Assembly: GCA_016840855.1 (NCBI GenBank)
Contig: JAEORO010000025.1
Coordinates: 1-57,331 of the forward strand
From: Candidatus Thorarchaeota archaeon
GTDB taxonomy: Archaea > Asgardarchaeota > Thorarchaeia > Thorarchaeales > Thorarchaeaceae
Direction of reading: 5' to 3'
DNA: 57,331 nt
Below the pieces are notes generated by a model. The model made no database searches and was not told the origin of the DNA. It saw only the letters and a list, made by a program, of their open reading frames with translations. The position numbers and the translations under genes were made by a program. Shown in pieces: positions 37,968 to 48,193 of this stretch. The first letter of the stretch is position 1. Each line of letters begins with the position of its first letter.

Positions 37968-40900
37968 ATGAGTGATACGGCAGTTACGGAAGTAGTATCC
38001 GTTCTGAAAAAGAATCTTGGCATCACGGATGCTGAGTCCAAGGCTATTCTACCTGTGTACCTTGGTGGAAACATGACTGCAGGTGGAGTTTCTCTTATGT
38101 CCGGAGAGAATCTATCAACAGTCGAGAAGGCTCTTCAACGACTTGTAAAGAAAGGTCTAGTGAAAGAGATTGGTGGTATAGTTCCTGTCTATCGACCTGT
38201 ACCACCGTATTTAGCTCTCTCAGATGAGTTGAAATCTCACTTGAGTGAGATTCAAAATTTGATAGAACAATCTGAGAAGACCTTCAGTTCTAAATCTGAA
38301 GAGATTGATAATAATATTGAGAAGATTATCACCTCTCAGAATAAATCCTTAGATACGGTTAGGAAATCGCTTACTAAATATGAAGATGAGATGATTGAGC
38401 TTGTAAGCAGCCGTATTGAACAAGTCAAATCAACAGCGGCATCAGTCATGGCTTCTGTTTCAGAAGAAGTTGAGGACATCATGAACAAGCTAGACACATC
38501 ATTAGATAATAGACTAGGTGCCAAACTTTCTGAACTACAGGGTGAAATCGACAAGAGTCAACTAAGGTTGGAGAAAGATGTAAAGCGGATTTCCCGGGAG
38601 TTTGACAAATGGTTGAAGGTTGAACGGAAAGCAACGCTGACATCAATCTCTGAATTTGAAATAAAAGCTCAATCCCTAATTGAAGTTGCTCGTAATGCAG
38701 TCACTAAGGCTCTTGAAGCATCTTCTACTGCGTTACAAAATATCACTCAAGAAATGACAAAAGCACTGAGCTCGATGACATCGTCTGCTTCTGATAATGG
38801 TGTCGAGATTCTCAACTCAGTGTCTGAAAATCTCACTCAACTTCTTGTTCATCTCGAAGGTGAACTTGATCAAACTTATTCGGCTGGTCAGGAAGCCCTC
38901 CAAGCAGTTCTGGTTCAAGCTAAAAGAATTCCAGAAGAATTTGGTGAGTTTACTCGGAATAAAATCTTCTCAGCAGCTGAAATCATAGAAGCAGTTAGTG
39001 GAGATATAGATGATTGGAAAGAAGAGGTTTCTAGTTTCATGGATGTCGCATCCCAATCCGTAACCTCTCAACTAGATCAGGTTGCATCTACCGACTCAAG
39101 CTATATTGAAGTACTAAAGAACACGCTCACATCACATATTGAGAAAGTAAATGGGATGATTAGCGAGGAGTATGATCAGGTTCAGGATTTAGCAACGACT
39201 CTTGGCGCTGATTGCGAAACAACCCTCGCAGATACTCGTGTCCTAGTTCTCGAACTTCTGCAAAAGCAGAACGAAACTGAACAAACTTCATGTGATGAGG
39301 CTGGTAAGACACTCTCTTCAGAGCTTGACAAATGGGTGCAAACAACTGTGAATACAATTGCATCGAACCTAAAATCAACCTCTGATGACATTTCTAATAT
39401 TCTCAAAACTGAATCCACTGAATTGAATACATTAGCTGAAGCTATGAATAGTCGGCTGAAATCTGCATTTAACGCTATTATCAAGACTACAGCCACCAAG
39501 AATGAGGCATTAATCACCTCTGTAAAGAAAACTACACACGATTTTGAGGTGAATGTTGGATCAACGCTTGATGAGCTAATCAGTAGCTTTGCCACTACTA
39601 CCGAGAAACAGGTCCTTGACTCAAAGAAACTCTATGAACGTTTGAGAGAACGACTTGATAAAAGGATGAATCAAAGTGTCACTGCGATAACCTCTCAAGC
39701 AGACAAGATTGATTCAGAGATTGATACGATAATCAAACAACAAGTAGATCGCATTGACCAACACACTTTGGGCATTCGGGAAGAATTTCATACTCACCTT
39801 GAAGATATTACACGCCAATTCATTACGCTTACCCAAAGTATGGAAGCCACTTTCAATGGCCTTCTATCAAGTCAAGCAGTTGAAGCACGTGATCTAATTG
39901 CATCGACGCATGGAGAATTCAAGAATACCTTGAAATCTGAAATGACTGGACTTAAGGAAGACTCGTCGAAACTACAAAAAGAATACTCGGCTGAACTTGG
40001 ATTAAAAATTGATGAGGTTGCTTCCTCCGTTGCTTCAGTCAAGCATTCCCTTGATGATTTGGCAGTGAAAAAGAGATACGAGTTGTCAGAGAGTATGGCT
40101 GAAGCTCTTGCAAAGCTTGAACAATCTATTGTTGCTACAGAGGAAAATCTACGAAGCATGGAAACAGGCATTATCAAGCAATTTACCGATAACTATGACC
40201 AAGTAACTCAAGAATTCAATCTTACTGTTGACAGCGCAAGAGATACAATCACTGAACGATTGGACAATGTTCGTGTGGTTACGACTGATGCGTTGGAGAA
40301 AAGCACTGCTGCTGCTAAGAGCGCAGCAGATTCCTTCATCTCAGCACAGAAGGATCACAAACAGAGATTCTTGGCTGACACAAGTAAGAAAATAAATCAG
40401 CTTGCCACTAAGCGAGTTAAGGCATCAAGTCAACAAATTGAAGAATTCCATTCAGAGCTCTCAGAACGTGAAACTAGAGGAGTTAAGGGTCGAAATTCGT
40501 CAAAAGAGGAGGTTATTCAAGCTGTTGAAGCAAGAAGAGCTGAAGTAACCCAGGCATTCGATGCTGCATCAGTTTGGGTGGATTCCACAGTAGCTAATGT
40601 GTCTACGTCACTTGAAACATTTGGTACAAAACTTAGTAATGAACTGACCCTTATGCAAAGAAATCTCCAGAAGACTGCAGATGAGGTTCTTACTTCCATT
40701 ACAGAACGAGGCGATTCTGATATAGCTAAGTTTGCAGATATCACTACGACACTTTTCGAAGATGCAGAATCTAAGGTTGGTGCCAGAATTGATGATTTTG
40801 GAACTAGCTGTGCCTCTGCATTAGCTAAAGGCACTGATGCATTTACATCGCTGCCTAACCAAATGACTGAGAAAATAGTCGAGGTTGATAAAATGATTCT

Positions 40901-41870
40901 CCAAGAAACAAACCAGCATTATGGCATGGTTGCTGAAAAGCTTGCATCCTCGTTTACCGATTTCCAAAGATCATTTGAGTCCGCATCAGAGGAATTTCGT
41001 AATCTTTTGGAACAAGCTTCTATCCAAACCACTGAAAAACGGAATGAGGCTATTAAAACCATCCAAGATAGTGCAAGTTTCACAAATCAACATGCTGCAA
41101 GAAAATTAGAAACAATAGGCTTAGAGCTTAAAACGCAACTTAGCACTCAATCTTCAACTCTCATTGAGAAGAACAATTCTGAAATTACAGCTAAGAATCT
41201 GATATTGACGGAAACCGTCACTCATGCAAGAAATCAATCAAATGAAGAACTTACATTACTCAGACAAACTCGAAGTGACGCACTCTCAAAATTCAGTGAT
41301 CAAGTGGATAAATCGTTCAGAAGATGGTCGAATACTCAGAAGAGTGAAATTGAAGCACTAAACGAAAATGTCAAACAAACCATTACTGGCGTCACTAACC
41401 TGACGACTACGGCCGCTGACACTTTAGGCTCAATACAGGCTGCGAGCGAAAAATTGTTAGACGTATCAACTGAAAGAACTTGGTATCTTAGTGGGATAGA
41501 AGAAGCATGTGCTCATATTAGTGACATGGCAAATCGTGCAGCTGATTCAGTAGTTGTTTCTGTTCATGATTTATCTTGCTTGGATCTAAAGAAACTTGCT
41601 AGGATTAAGACTCCCAAACGGAAAGTCCTAATCATTCCTGAAACAGAAGAACTAGATCCAGCCCTTGAAACCTTGGATGGATGGCGGATAATGCAGACGA
41701 AAACGCCTATGCTCCTCTCAGTTATTGATGAGCGCGAAATTCTAGTCGGGGGCACCACAGCGTCTGAAAAGCACATTGCAATAGTTTCTGAAGATGCAAC
41801 CTATCTCAAGCTTTACCATGATGTATTAGGACCAAGGTTAATCCGCAACCAAGCTGCTTCAGAGATGTAA
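37968..41870 (+). CDS. 1300-aa protein: TrmB-type wHTH, ~1100-aa amphipathic/coiled-coil rod, C-terminal TrmB/PLD-like domain
   Basis: LGITDAESK...TAGGVS...VEKALQRLVKKGLV; C-terminal TWYLSG.EEA..ISDM..RA..SV, IDEREILVG. Confidence 0.75.
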   Translation: MSDTAVTEVVSVLKKNLGITDAESKAILPVYLGGNMTAGGVSLMSGENLSTVEKALQRLVKKGLVKEIGGIVPVYRPVPPYLALSDELKSHLSEIQNLIEQSEKTFSSKSEEIDNNIEKIITSQNKSLDTVRKSLTKYEDEMIELVSSRIEQVKSTAASVMASVSEEVEDIMNKLDTSLDNRLGAKLSELQGEIDKSQLRLEKDVKRISREFDKWLKVERKATLTSISEFEIKAQSLIEVARNAVTKALEASSTALQNITQEMTKALSSMTSSASDNGVEILNSVSENLTQLLVHLEGELDQTYSAGQEALQAVLVQAKRIPEEFGEFTRNKIFSAAEIIEAVSGDIDDWKEEVSSFMDVASQSVTSQLDQVASTDSSYIEVLKNTLTSHIEKVNGMISEEYDQVQDLATTLGADCETTLADTRVLVLELLQKQNETEQTSCDEAGKTLSSELDKWVQTTVNTIASNLKSTSDDISNILKTESTELNTLAEAMNSRLKSAFNAIIKTTATKNEALITSVKKTTHDFEVNVGSTLDELISSFATTTEKQVLDSKKLYERLRERLDKRMNQSVTAITSQADKIDSEIDTIIKQQVDRIDQHTLGIREEFHTHLEDITRQFITLTQSMEATFNGLLSSQAVEARDLIASTHGEFKNTLKSEMTGLKEDSSKLQKEYSAELGLKIDEVASSVASVKHSLDDLAVKKRYELSESMAEALAKLEQSIVATEENLRSMETGIIKQFTDNYDQVTQEFNLTVDSARDTITERLDNVRVVTTDALEKSTAAAKSAADSFISAQKDHKQRFLADTSKKINQLATKRVKASSQQIEEFHSELSERETRGVKGRNSSKEEVIQAVEARRAEVTQAFDAASVWVDSTVANVSTSLETFGTKLSNELTLMQRNLQKTADEVLTSITERGDSDIAKFADITTTLFEDAESKVGARIDDFGTSCASALAKGTDAFTSLPNQMTEKIVEVDKMILQETNQHYGMVAEKLASSFTDFQRSFESASEEFRNLLEQASIQTTEKRNEAIKTIQDSASFTNQHAARKLETIGLELKTQLSTQSSTLIEKNNSEITAKNLILTETVTHARNQSNEELTLLRQTRSDALSKFSDQVDKSFRRWSNTQKSEIEALNENVKQTITGVTNLTTTAADTLGSIQAASEKLLDVSTERTWYLSGIEEACAHISDMANRAADSVVVSVHDLSCLDLKKLARIKTPKRKVLIIPETEELDPALETLDGWRIMQTKTPMLLSVIDEREILVGGTTASEKHIAIVSEDATYLKLYHDVLGPRLIRNQAASEM

Positions 41871-42317
41871 TGTGTAAATAATGGCATCCTCATCAAAATA
41901 ATAGGATGGGACCTTAGATGACTCCTTAAATCCACTAGACTCGTAGAGCTGTCTAGCTGGAAGATTGTGCTCTCGAACCTCAAGACGACATGCTCGTACA
42001 TTATTGACCCTTAAATGGTTTAGAATATGAGATAGGAGTAACCTACCTTGACCTTTTTTCCGTTCAGTTGATTTGATTGCTAGGTTGAGAATATGACCTT
42101 CTCGTTTACGACTATTGATTTCCCATACTGCGTAACCAATTATGCTGCTCTCCTTCTCAATCACATCCATGAATATGCATCTTGATTCTCTCAATGATGA
42201 CTTTCCAGATGCAATGCAGATATTGAAGAAGATGGAATATTCCCATGGGACAGGAAAACTCTCTCGTTCAATATTCATAATCTCTTCGAGGTCTTCCAAT
42301 CTGACTTTCCTTATCAT
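41859..42317 (-). CDS. rimI: RimI/Ard1-type N-terminal acetyltransferase
   Basis: IERESFPVPW, GHILNLAI, LEVREHNLPARQLYESSGF, YYFDEDA. Confidence 0.88.
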   Translation of the reverse strand: MIRKVRLEDLEEIMNIERESFPVPWEYSIFFNICIASGKSSLRESRCIFMDVIEKESSIIGYAVWEINSRKREGHILNLAIKSTERKKGQGRLLLSHILNHLRVNNVRACRLEVREHNLPARQLYESSGFKESSKVPSYYFDEDAIIYTLHL

Positions 42318-42362
42318 TGAATCATTTCACTCCTAGTCAGATGAATGTACCTAGCAATTTCA

Positions 42363-42707
42363 TCACTCTTCTTCAACAGGATTCCCACATGAATAACAAA
42401 ATACTGCTCGTTCAGGAAGAGGATTTCCACAGAAATGACAGGAGGTTTCTACACGTAGATAACTTGGTTTCTGTTTTAATGGTGAGGAATAACGCGCATC
42501 ATCAACCCAATTTTTATTCGCCCACCAAAAGCACATCATGACAATGAAAAGCGTTGATAGCATGATAAATGGAGCTAGGTCTCCAGCAATGAAAAAAGGA
42601 AAGATAAAGAAGTAACTGCCATCTCCAAGGTTCAACAGAGAAATCCCTAAACCTAGAATAATGAATCCAAGTGCAATCACGTATAGTTCTTTTAACCTCA
42701 AATGCAC
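42363..42707 (-). CDS. Membrane protein with C-terminal zinc ribbon
   Basis: Hydrophobic N-terminal half; CHFCG-x9-CYSCG. Confidence 0.7.
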   Translation of the reverse strand: MHLRLKELYVIALGFIILGLGISLLNLGDGSYFFIFPFFIAGDLAPFIMLSTLFIVMMCFWWANKNWVDDARYSSPLKQKPSYLRVETSCHFCGNPLPERAVFCYSCGNPVEEE

Positions 42708-42917
42708 CTCACCTCAGAAATTTGAAAATACTCTGTGATTGAACCGATGGATGCTTCAAATGGTGATTGCCTAATAAATTGTGGCTCAAAACAATGTTTT
42801 TCATCAAATAGAAAAAGCACATAAGACATATCAATCATAGAGTGACATGATTTAGAGATAGCCGCCATTGTAATAATCAGCCGCGATGACTGCAGCATGA
42901 CGTGGGGGTTTTAAATT

Positions 42918-43445
42918 ATGACGCCAACAGACAAGGAGCCAAAAATCAAAAAGGCTTCAAAGGCAAAGTATCTTTTCAAAATAACAGTAGTCGGTCCTGA
43001 AGACTCGTTATTGGATGATGTTCTTTCAACATTCGATCCAGTCGTAAAAGTAGATGGAATTCGAATTGTATCTGCAGATCGCTCTACAGATGACTCTGAA
43101 GTGCGAGCTGTTTTCATGTCACCAAAGCATGCTGCACTCGATATCCTTCTCTCATTGACCTTTAAGGGTGCTAGTGCTGTGATTATTGTTCTGAAAGACC
43201 CTGATCCTGAATTGGAGACTATCTATAGAAATGAAATCAGAGAAAATCTTGGAACTAGCATTCCTACTCGAGTTGTGACAGTTGGATCATCACTCGACGA
43301 ATTCAAACGGAATGAGATACACCACTATTTTGATGAACTCGTAGACGAGATTCTCGCTCTCAGAGAGAAAGAACACATGCTGAAAGAAGCGGAGAAAGAT
43401 AAGAAGAAGAAAATGAAGGTTTCAAAGAAGAAGAGGAAAAAGTGA
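42918..43445 (+). CDS. Rab/Ras-like small GTPase fold with degenerate nucleotide motifs and polybasic tail
   Basis: KYLFKITVVG, TFKGASAVIIV, IPTRVV and YFDELVDEIL align by eye to Rab; no GKS/T, DxxG or NKxD. Confidence 0.65.
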   Translation: MTPTDKEPKIKKASKAKYLFKITVVGPEDSLLDDVLSTFDPVVKVDGIRIVSADRSTDDSEVRAVFMSPKHAALDILLSLTFKGASAVIIVLKDPDPELETIYRNEIRENLGTSIPTRVVTVGSSLDEFKRNEIHHYFDELVDEILALREKEHMLKEAEKDKKKKMKVSKKKRKK

Positions 43446-43491
43446 GACGTAACACGAAGCTTTTTTTCACTTCCATCATGTTTTCAATTCG

Positions 43492-44394
43492 GTGTCAATC
43501 GTGGACTCAGAGAAGAAAAGATCAGATGAATACTGGATGGGTGTCCGTGACTCATTAAGAATGGTTGATAGTTTCATCAAATGGGCACGTAGGAATAAAG
43601 ATCGTGCAAAAACATTGGATGATTTCATTCATGATGGTTTAGTTGCAGCTGCAAAACGATGTGAGTCTTGTTTGAAAGATGATTTAGGTCTTTCATTTGC
43701 TGAGGATGAAGAGAGAATCGATGAATCTTCTGATATTGAACATATCCCACCTGGATATGAAATGGCGTCAACTGAAGATGAATCATATTCGGAAGAGAAT
43801 GTTGATGATGGATTTGATATGACTCCAGATGACATGTCACCTGAATCTTCTGAAGTGCCAATTGAAACTGAAGACGACTCAATCAGTATTGACACTGTAG
43901 GTCGTATTGAAGAGGAAGAGATTGAAGACATATCGATAGATGGACCGACTCGTGAGTTTTCCTCAGATTTCGAGCTTATCGAGCCTACTGATCTTGATCC
44001 AAAACACACGAATATCCATGAAGAATCAGTTCCTCCAGAATCCGAAGTTGAAAGCGATACCACTGGAGATGCCGAGCATGGACCATCCTTTACTTGGGAT
44101 GATTATGAGAGGGCTATAACTCCAGCCAGAGATGAACCAGAGTATAGTGAAGAAGATATCGAACTTCCTCCTCCAGTTGAGATGGAATCCGTTGGTGAAA
44201 CATTTGAAACAGAAACCATCTCTGAACCTCCTGAAATCTCTAATGATGAATCTGAAACCAGCACAATTGACGATGAAGATGTTGATGCTTCCAAAAAAAT
44301 CACACAGCCTCCCCCTCCGCCTCCTCCCCCTGATAGCGATGAGGATGAAGAAGAAAGGCGGCGTCGAGCACGACGACTATTCTTTGGAGACTAG
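43492..44394 (+). CDS. Acidic disordered protein with N-terminal helical domain, polyproline run and basic C-terminal helix
   Basis: About 200 aa D/E/S/P-rich; P8 run; EEERRRRARRLFFGD end. Confidence 0.75.
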   Translation: MSIVDSEKKRSDEYWMGVRDSLRMVDSFIKWARRNKDRAKTLDDFIHDGLVAAAKRCESCLKDDLGLSFAEDEERIDESSDIEHIPPGYEMASTEDESYSEENVDDGFDMTPDDMSPESSEVPIETEDDSISIDTVGRIEEEEIEDISIDGPTREFSSDFELIEPTDLDPKHTNIHEESVPPESEVESDTTGDAEHGPSFTWDDYERAITPARDEPEYSEEDIELPPPVEMESVGETFETETISEPPEISNDESETSTIDDEDVDASKKITQPPPPPPPPDSDEDEEERRRRARRLFFGD

Positions 44395-45422
44395 TCCTCG
44401 TCACCTACGATTTCATGGAAAAGTTTGGTCGCTGCTTCAGCACTATTAACGCCTTTCACAATCAGATTTCCAGCTGGCATGACAGTTACCCGGATTTCAT
44501 GACCAATATTTACTATGAGAAAGCGCTTCCTACGCTCAACATCATATGATGCCTCAAGATTGTTAGCTACAGCTTCAAGGTCCAGCTTTAGTATCTTTCC
44601 AGGTGAAATATTGTAACTTTGCGAACAGAGTCGTGTCACAGATAGTTCATTCTCTTTTTTCTCTTGTTTCATCTGAGGCTGAGAACAAACTAAACAATCA
44701 GCTGCCTTTCCGATATCAAAGAAATCAAAGCTCAAATTACTTGTGTCAATTGTCATCAAACGGTTTGCAAGATCGGGTCCTCTGTTCAAAGCTAATTTCA
44801 ATGCTTCATTTACCTCAACTGAAGCAGCAAATGATAGCAATGTTGGAGAAACTCCAACATTCGCGCAAGTGTTCTCAGGATTGTCCTGAGCGTCACCCAT
44901 AACGCATTGCAAGCATCCAGTTTTTCCTGGTATAAATGTGGTCAGGTTCGCATAATACTCAACAGCTCCTGCAAACACATATGGAATTTTAAGCGTGAGA
45001 CTCGCTTTGTTAACTGCTCGTCGTGCTTTGAATGAGTCTAATCCGTCCACAATTATGTCAACTTGTTTTAGCACATCAACTGCATTTTCGTCATCGATTG
45101 ATACACAGATAGGATCAAATTGCACCTCTGGATTCATTAGCTCAAGATTATCAGCTGCCGCTTCTGCTTTTGGCTTACCAATATCTTGTGTATTGAAGAC
45201 AGTCTGTCTTTGTATGTTTGAAAGCTCAACAATATCTCGATCTACAATTCTAATTCTACCAAATCCTATCGCTGTAAGAAGACGAAGAGCTGGACTTCCA
45301 AGTCCACCTGCACCTAAAATGGCCACTGTTGTATTCATTAGAGTTTCCATATCATCTTCTGAAAAATCACGAAGTGCAAGCATCCGTGAGTATCTTTCTC
45401 TTTGATTATTTGTGAGCTTCAT
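44391..45422 (-). CDS. ThiF/MoeB/UbaA E1-like adenylyltransferase
   Basis: RYSR, GAGGLG, VDRDIVELSNIQRQ, DGLD, CLQC, TCANVG, CLVC. Confidence 0.9.
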   Translation of the reverse strand: MKLTNNQRERYSRMLALRDFSEDDMETLMNTTVAILGAGGLGSPALRLLTAIGFGRIRIVDRDIVELSNIQRQTVFNTQDIGKPKAEAAADNLELMNPEVQFDPICVSIDDENAVDVLKQVDIIVDGLDSFKARRAVNKASLTLKIPYVFAGAVEYYANLTTFIPGKTGCLQCVMGDAQDNPENTCANVGVSPTLLSFAASVEVNEALKLALNRGPDLANRLMTIDTSNLSFDFFDIGKAADCLVCSQPQMKQEKKENELSVTRLCSQSYNISPGKILKLDLEAVANNLEASYDVERRKRFLIVNIGHEIRVTVMPAGNLIVKGVNSAEAATKLFHEIVGDED

Positions 45423-45481
45423 TTCTCAGAATATGAACACGGAAACTCACTTAAAACCTTGGACATGAGATAAAGTGAATC

Positions 45482-46306
45482 ATGGCATTCAGTTCTGAAA
45501 TTGCAATAGCTATCCGAAGAAATCCAAGAGAAGCTTTACAGGTAGCTCTCTCAAAATTGGATGAGCTGATTGCTCCCCCAAAGGGCATTGAACGTGTTGT
45601 TATCAAACCCTCCATATATGATCCTGAATTACCAGGCAATACTGATGCGAAGATTGTACAAGTAGTAGTTCAATTTTTTAATTCCATTGGACCTATCAGT
45701 ATAGTAGAGAGTGATAATCCATTACGAACAGCAGAAGAGGCATTTTCACGATGTGGTTATTTGGAATTTGAAACCAAGAATGTAGGTTTCGTCAATCTCT
45801 CTAAAACAGAAATGATACCTGTTCAATTTGCAGGCTATTATTTTCAAAACCGGAAAATGCCACATATTTTGCACGATAATATGTTCCTGATTAATATAGC
45901 CACATTGAAGGTCGAACCTGATATTTGTGAAATAGGCGCAAGCATCAAGAATCTATTCGGTCTTCTTCCTGAATTAGACAAAAGTGTCTACCATAATTCA
46001 ATAGACTCTGTACTTATGGACTTGTTATATGCTTACAGACCGAATCTCACAGTAATTGATCTTACTGATGTTGTAATTGGGAATCGAATCAATGGCACGA
46101 CAAAACATGTTGGTGGGGTTATAGTTGGTACAGACCCAGTTGCAGTCGACTCATTCTGTTCAAGTCTTCTTGGAATTGACCCTATGCAAGTAAATCACCT
46201 CAAAATCGCTCATTCTCTGGGAATGGGTGAAACAAATCTTGACAGAATTTCAGTCCGAGGTACAGAACATCAGAAAGCGGAATTGAGTAGACTTTTTAAA
46301 AAATAG
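45482..46306 (+). CDS. DUF362 family protein
   Basis: VVIKP, INIATLK, SIKNLFG, GTDPVAVD, HLKIAHSLGMG. Confidence 0.75.
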   Translation: MAFSSEIAIAIRRNPREALQVALSKLDELIAPPKGIERVVIKPSIYDPELPGNTDAKIVQVVVQFFNSIGPISIVESDNPLRTAEEAFSRCGYLEFETKNVGFVNLSKTEMIPVQFAGYYFQNRKMPHILHDNMFLINIATLKVEPDICEIGASIKNLFGLLPELDKSVYHNSIDSVLMDLLYAYRPNLTVIDLTDVVIGNRINGTTKHVGGVIVGTDPVAVDSFCSSLLGIDPMQVNHLKIAHSLGMGETNLDRISVRGTEHQKAELSRLFKK

Positions 46307-46391
46307 GTCATCAGGAAAGACTTTATCATCATGTAAAAGACAGCGATTAGACCTCTAAGGCTCTGTAATTAGTGCCTTCAATCACTAATTT

Positions 46392-47570
46392 GTGGTGCTT
46401 TATATGGACTGGACATCTCACACAATGGAGCGGATTCCCGCTTCTGGTACACTCAAGATGTTTGAGCTAGCAAAACGTATGGAGGCTGCTGGTAAGCGCA
46501 TTTATCACTTTGATATAGGTCAACCTGATTTTCCAACGCCCGACAATATAATCGCTGCTGGAATCGAAGCGCTCAATCATGGTTTTACACGATATACTCC
46601 TTCTAGGGGAATCCCACCACTCCTTAACGGCATTGAGGAACACTATGCTCGTCGTGGAATGGAAATAGATGGGTCAAAAAATGTTATTGTAACGCCAGGT
46701 GCAAAAATGGCTCTGTTTCAAGGATTTCTTAGCACAATAGACGCTGGAGATGATGTGCTGCTACTATCTCCAGCTTGGCCGACATATAGAGTGATGATTA
46801 GAACAGTGGGTGCCAAACCAGTTGATGTAGGTACCTATCCTGGATACATGCTTGATGAAGAAGCCCTCAAAACTGCATGTTCAAAATCAGTGACTGCTTT
46901 AGTAATTAACACTCCAAATAACCCAACAGGTGGGGTTCTTGATAGAGGCCAGATGGAACTCATTCACGACTTAGCAGTAGATCATGACTTTGTTGTTTTC
47001 TCTGATGAGATATACGAAATGTTGGTCTATGATGGCTTTAAACAGACATCAATGCTGGAGATAGATAAAAATCTGGAGCATACCTTAGTCATTAATGGTT
47101 TCTCTAAGACATATTCTATGACTGGCTGGCGACTTGGGTTTGCAGTAGGAAATGAAGAAACCATCAATAATATGGATCTAATTCAACAGAACACAACATC
47201 CTGCGCGGCATCATTTGTTCAATATGCGGGATATGAGGCTCTGAAAGGTGATCAGAGATCTATAAAAGCAATGGCTGAAGAATACCAGAAACGCCGTGAC
47301 TTAATCACTAGCATGTTCTGTAAAATTGAAGGAATACAATGTATCAATCCTAAAGGTGCATTCTATGTTTTCCCTGATTTCTCAGCCTACAACCTAAGTA
47401 GTAACACTCTTGCAGAGTTAATTCTTATGAAAGCCGGAGTCACATCTACTCCCGGAATAGCCTTTGGGAAGAAATATGACAACTACCTGCGCTTTTCTTA
47501 TGCTACAAAAATCTCTGAAATCGAGGACGGTCTAAACGCACTCGCTGAATTCCTTTCTACATTGGCATAG
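46392..47570 (+). CDS. Class I/II PLP aminotransferase (aspartate aminotransferase-like)
   Basis: IGQPDF, NTPNNPTG, SDEIY, NGFSKTYSMTGWRLG, GAFYVF, LRFSYA; likely start ATG 46404. Confidence 0.93.
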   Translation: MVLYMDWTSHTMERIPASGTLKMFELAKRMEAAGKRIYHFDIGQPDFPTPDNIIAAGIEALNHGFTRYTPSRGIPPLLNGIEEHYARRGMEIDGSKNVIVTPGAKMALFQGFLSTIDAGDDVLLLSPAWPTYRVMIRTVGAKPVDVGTYPGYMLDEEALKTACSKSVTALVINTPNNPTGGVLDRGQMELIHDLAVDHDFVVFSDEIYEMLVYDGFKQTSMLEIDKNLEHTLVINGFSKTYSMTGWRLGFAVGNEETINNMDLIQQNTTSCAASFVQYAGYEALKGDQRSIKAMAEEYQKRRDLITSMFCKIEGIQCINPKGAFYVFPDFSAYNLSSNTLAELILMKAGVTSTPGIAFGKKYDNYLRFSYATKISEIEDGLNALAEFLSTLA

Positions 47571-47609
47571 AAGGTACCAATAACAGCTCCTTGACAGGAG
47601 GATTTCCCT

Positions 47610-48188
47610 GTGAATCCAGATAAAGACCAAATCCGTTTCGAATGTACACGGTGTGGTGCATGCTGTCGAGAAGATTCATTATTAGTGACTGTGACTGGTC
47701 GTGATATATCCCGAATATCTTTGGGATTAAATCTTAGTGCAAGTGAAGTGATTCGAGCACTTAATTTCTATCTAATTGAAGGTGCTGAATCACCAGAAGG
47801 TCTTCGAGATATTCCCGCCATAAACACAGAAAAAGGTCCAGCATACATTGCTCTAAAGAAATTAGAAAATGGTGATTGTTTATTCTTGAAAGACAATCTC
47901 TGCATGATACATGTAATTCGACCGATGGTGTGCATGTCTTTTCCCTTCACATTCCTAGATGATGGACATAGTAAGACTTGGGGCTTAAGCGCCAAGAAAG
48001 TGATTTGTCCTGGACTGGGATGTGGGCCTCATGTTGAAAATACTGAATTGCGAGACTTGGCTATCGCTGTGTTGGAAGACCTAGCTATATACCAAGAGTT
48101 CGTCACAGAATGGAACAAGAATGAGAAAAATCCCACCGCAAATGCTATTTTAGAAAAAATTCTTTCAGATTCACGATTTACAATTTAG
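47610..48188 (+). CDS. YkgJ-family (CxxCxxCC) Fe/Zn-binding protein
   Basis: FECTRCGACC, CLFL...CMIH..RPMVCMSFPF, CPG. Confidence 0.85.
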   Translation: MNPDKDQIRFECTRCGACCREDSLLVTVTGRDISRISLGLNLSASEVIRALNFYLIEGAESPEGLRDIPAINTEKGPAYIALKKLENGDCLFLKDNLCMIHVIRPMVCMSFPFTFLDDGHSKTWGLSAKKVICPGLGCGPHVENTELRDLAIAVLEDLAIYQEFVTEWNKNEKNPTANAILEKILSDSRFTI

Positions 48189-48193
48189 AATGT

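Noticed and set aside
37968-41870. SMC/Rad50 or methyl-accepting chemotaxis protein call
   Set aside because: No Walker A/B or signature motif, and no MCP hairpin-tip motif
47587-47600. CTCCTTGACAGGAG resembles the core of the left-end repeat
   Set aside because: Only about 11 bp match, and it overlaps the GGAGG Shine-Dalgarno of the next gene; likely chance
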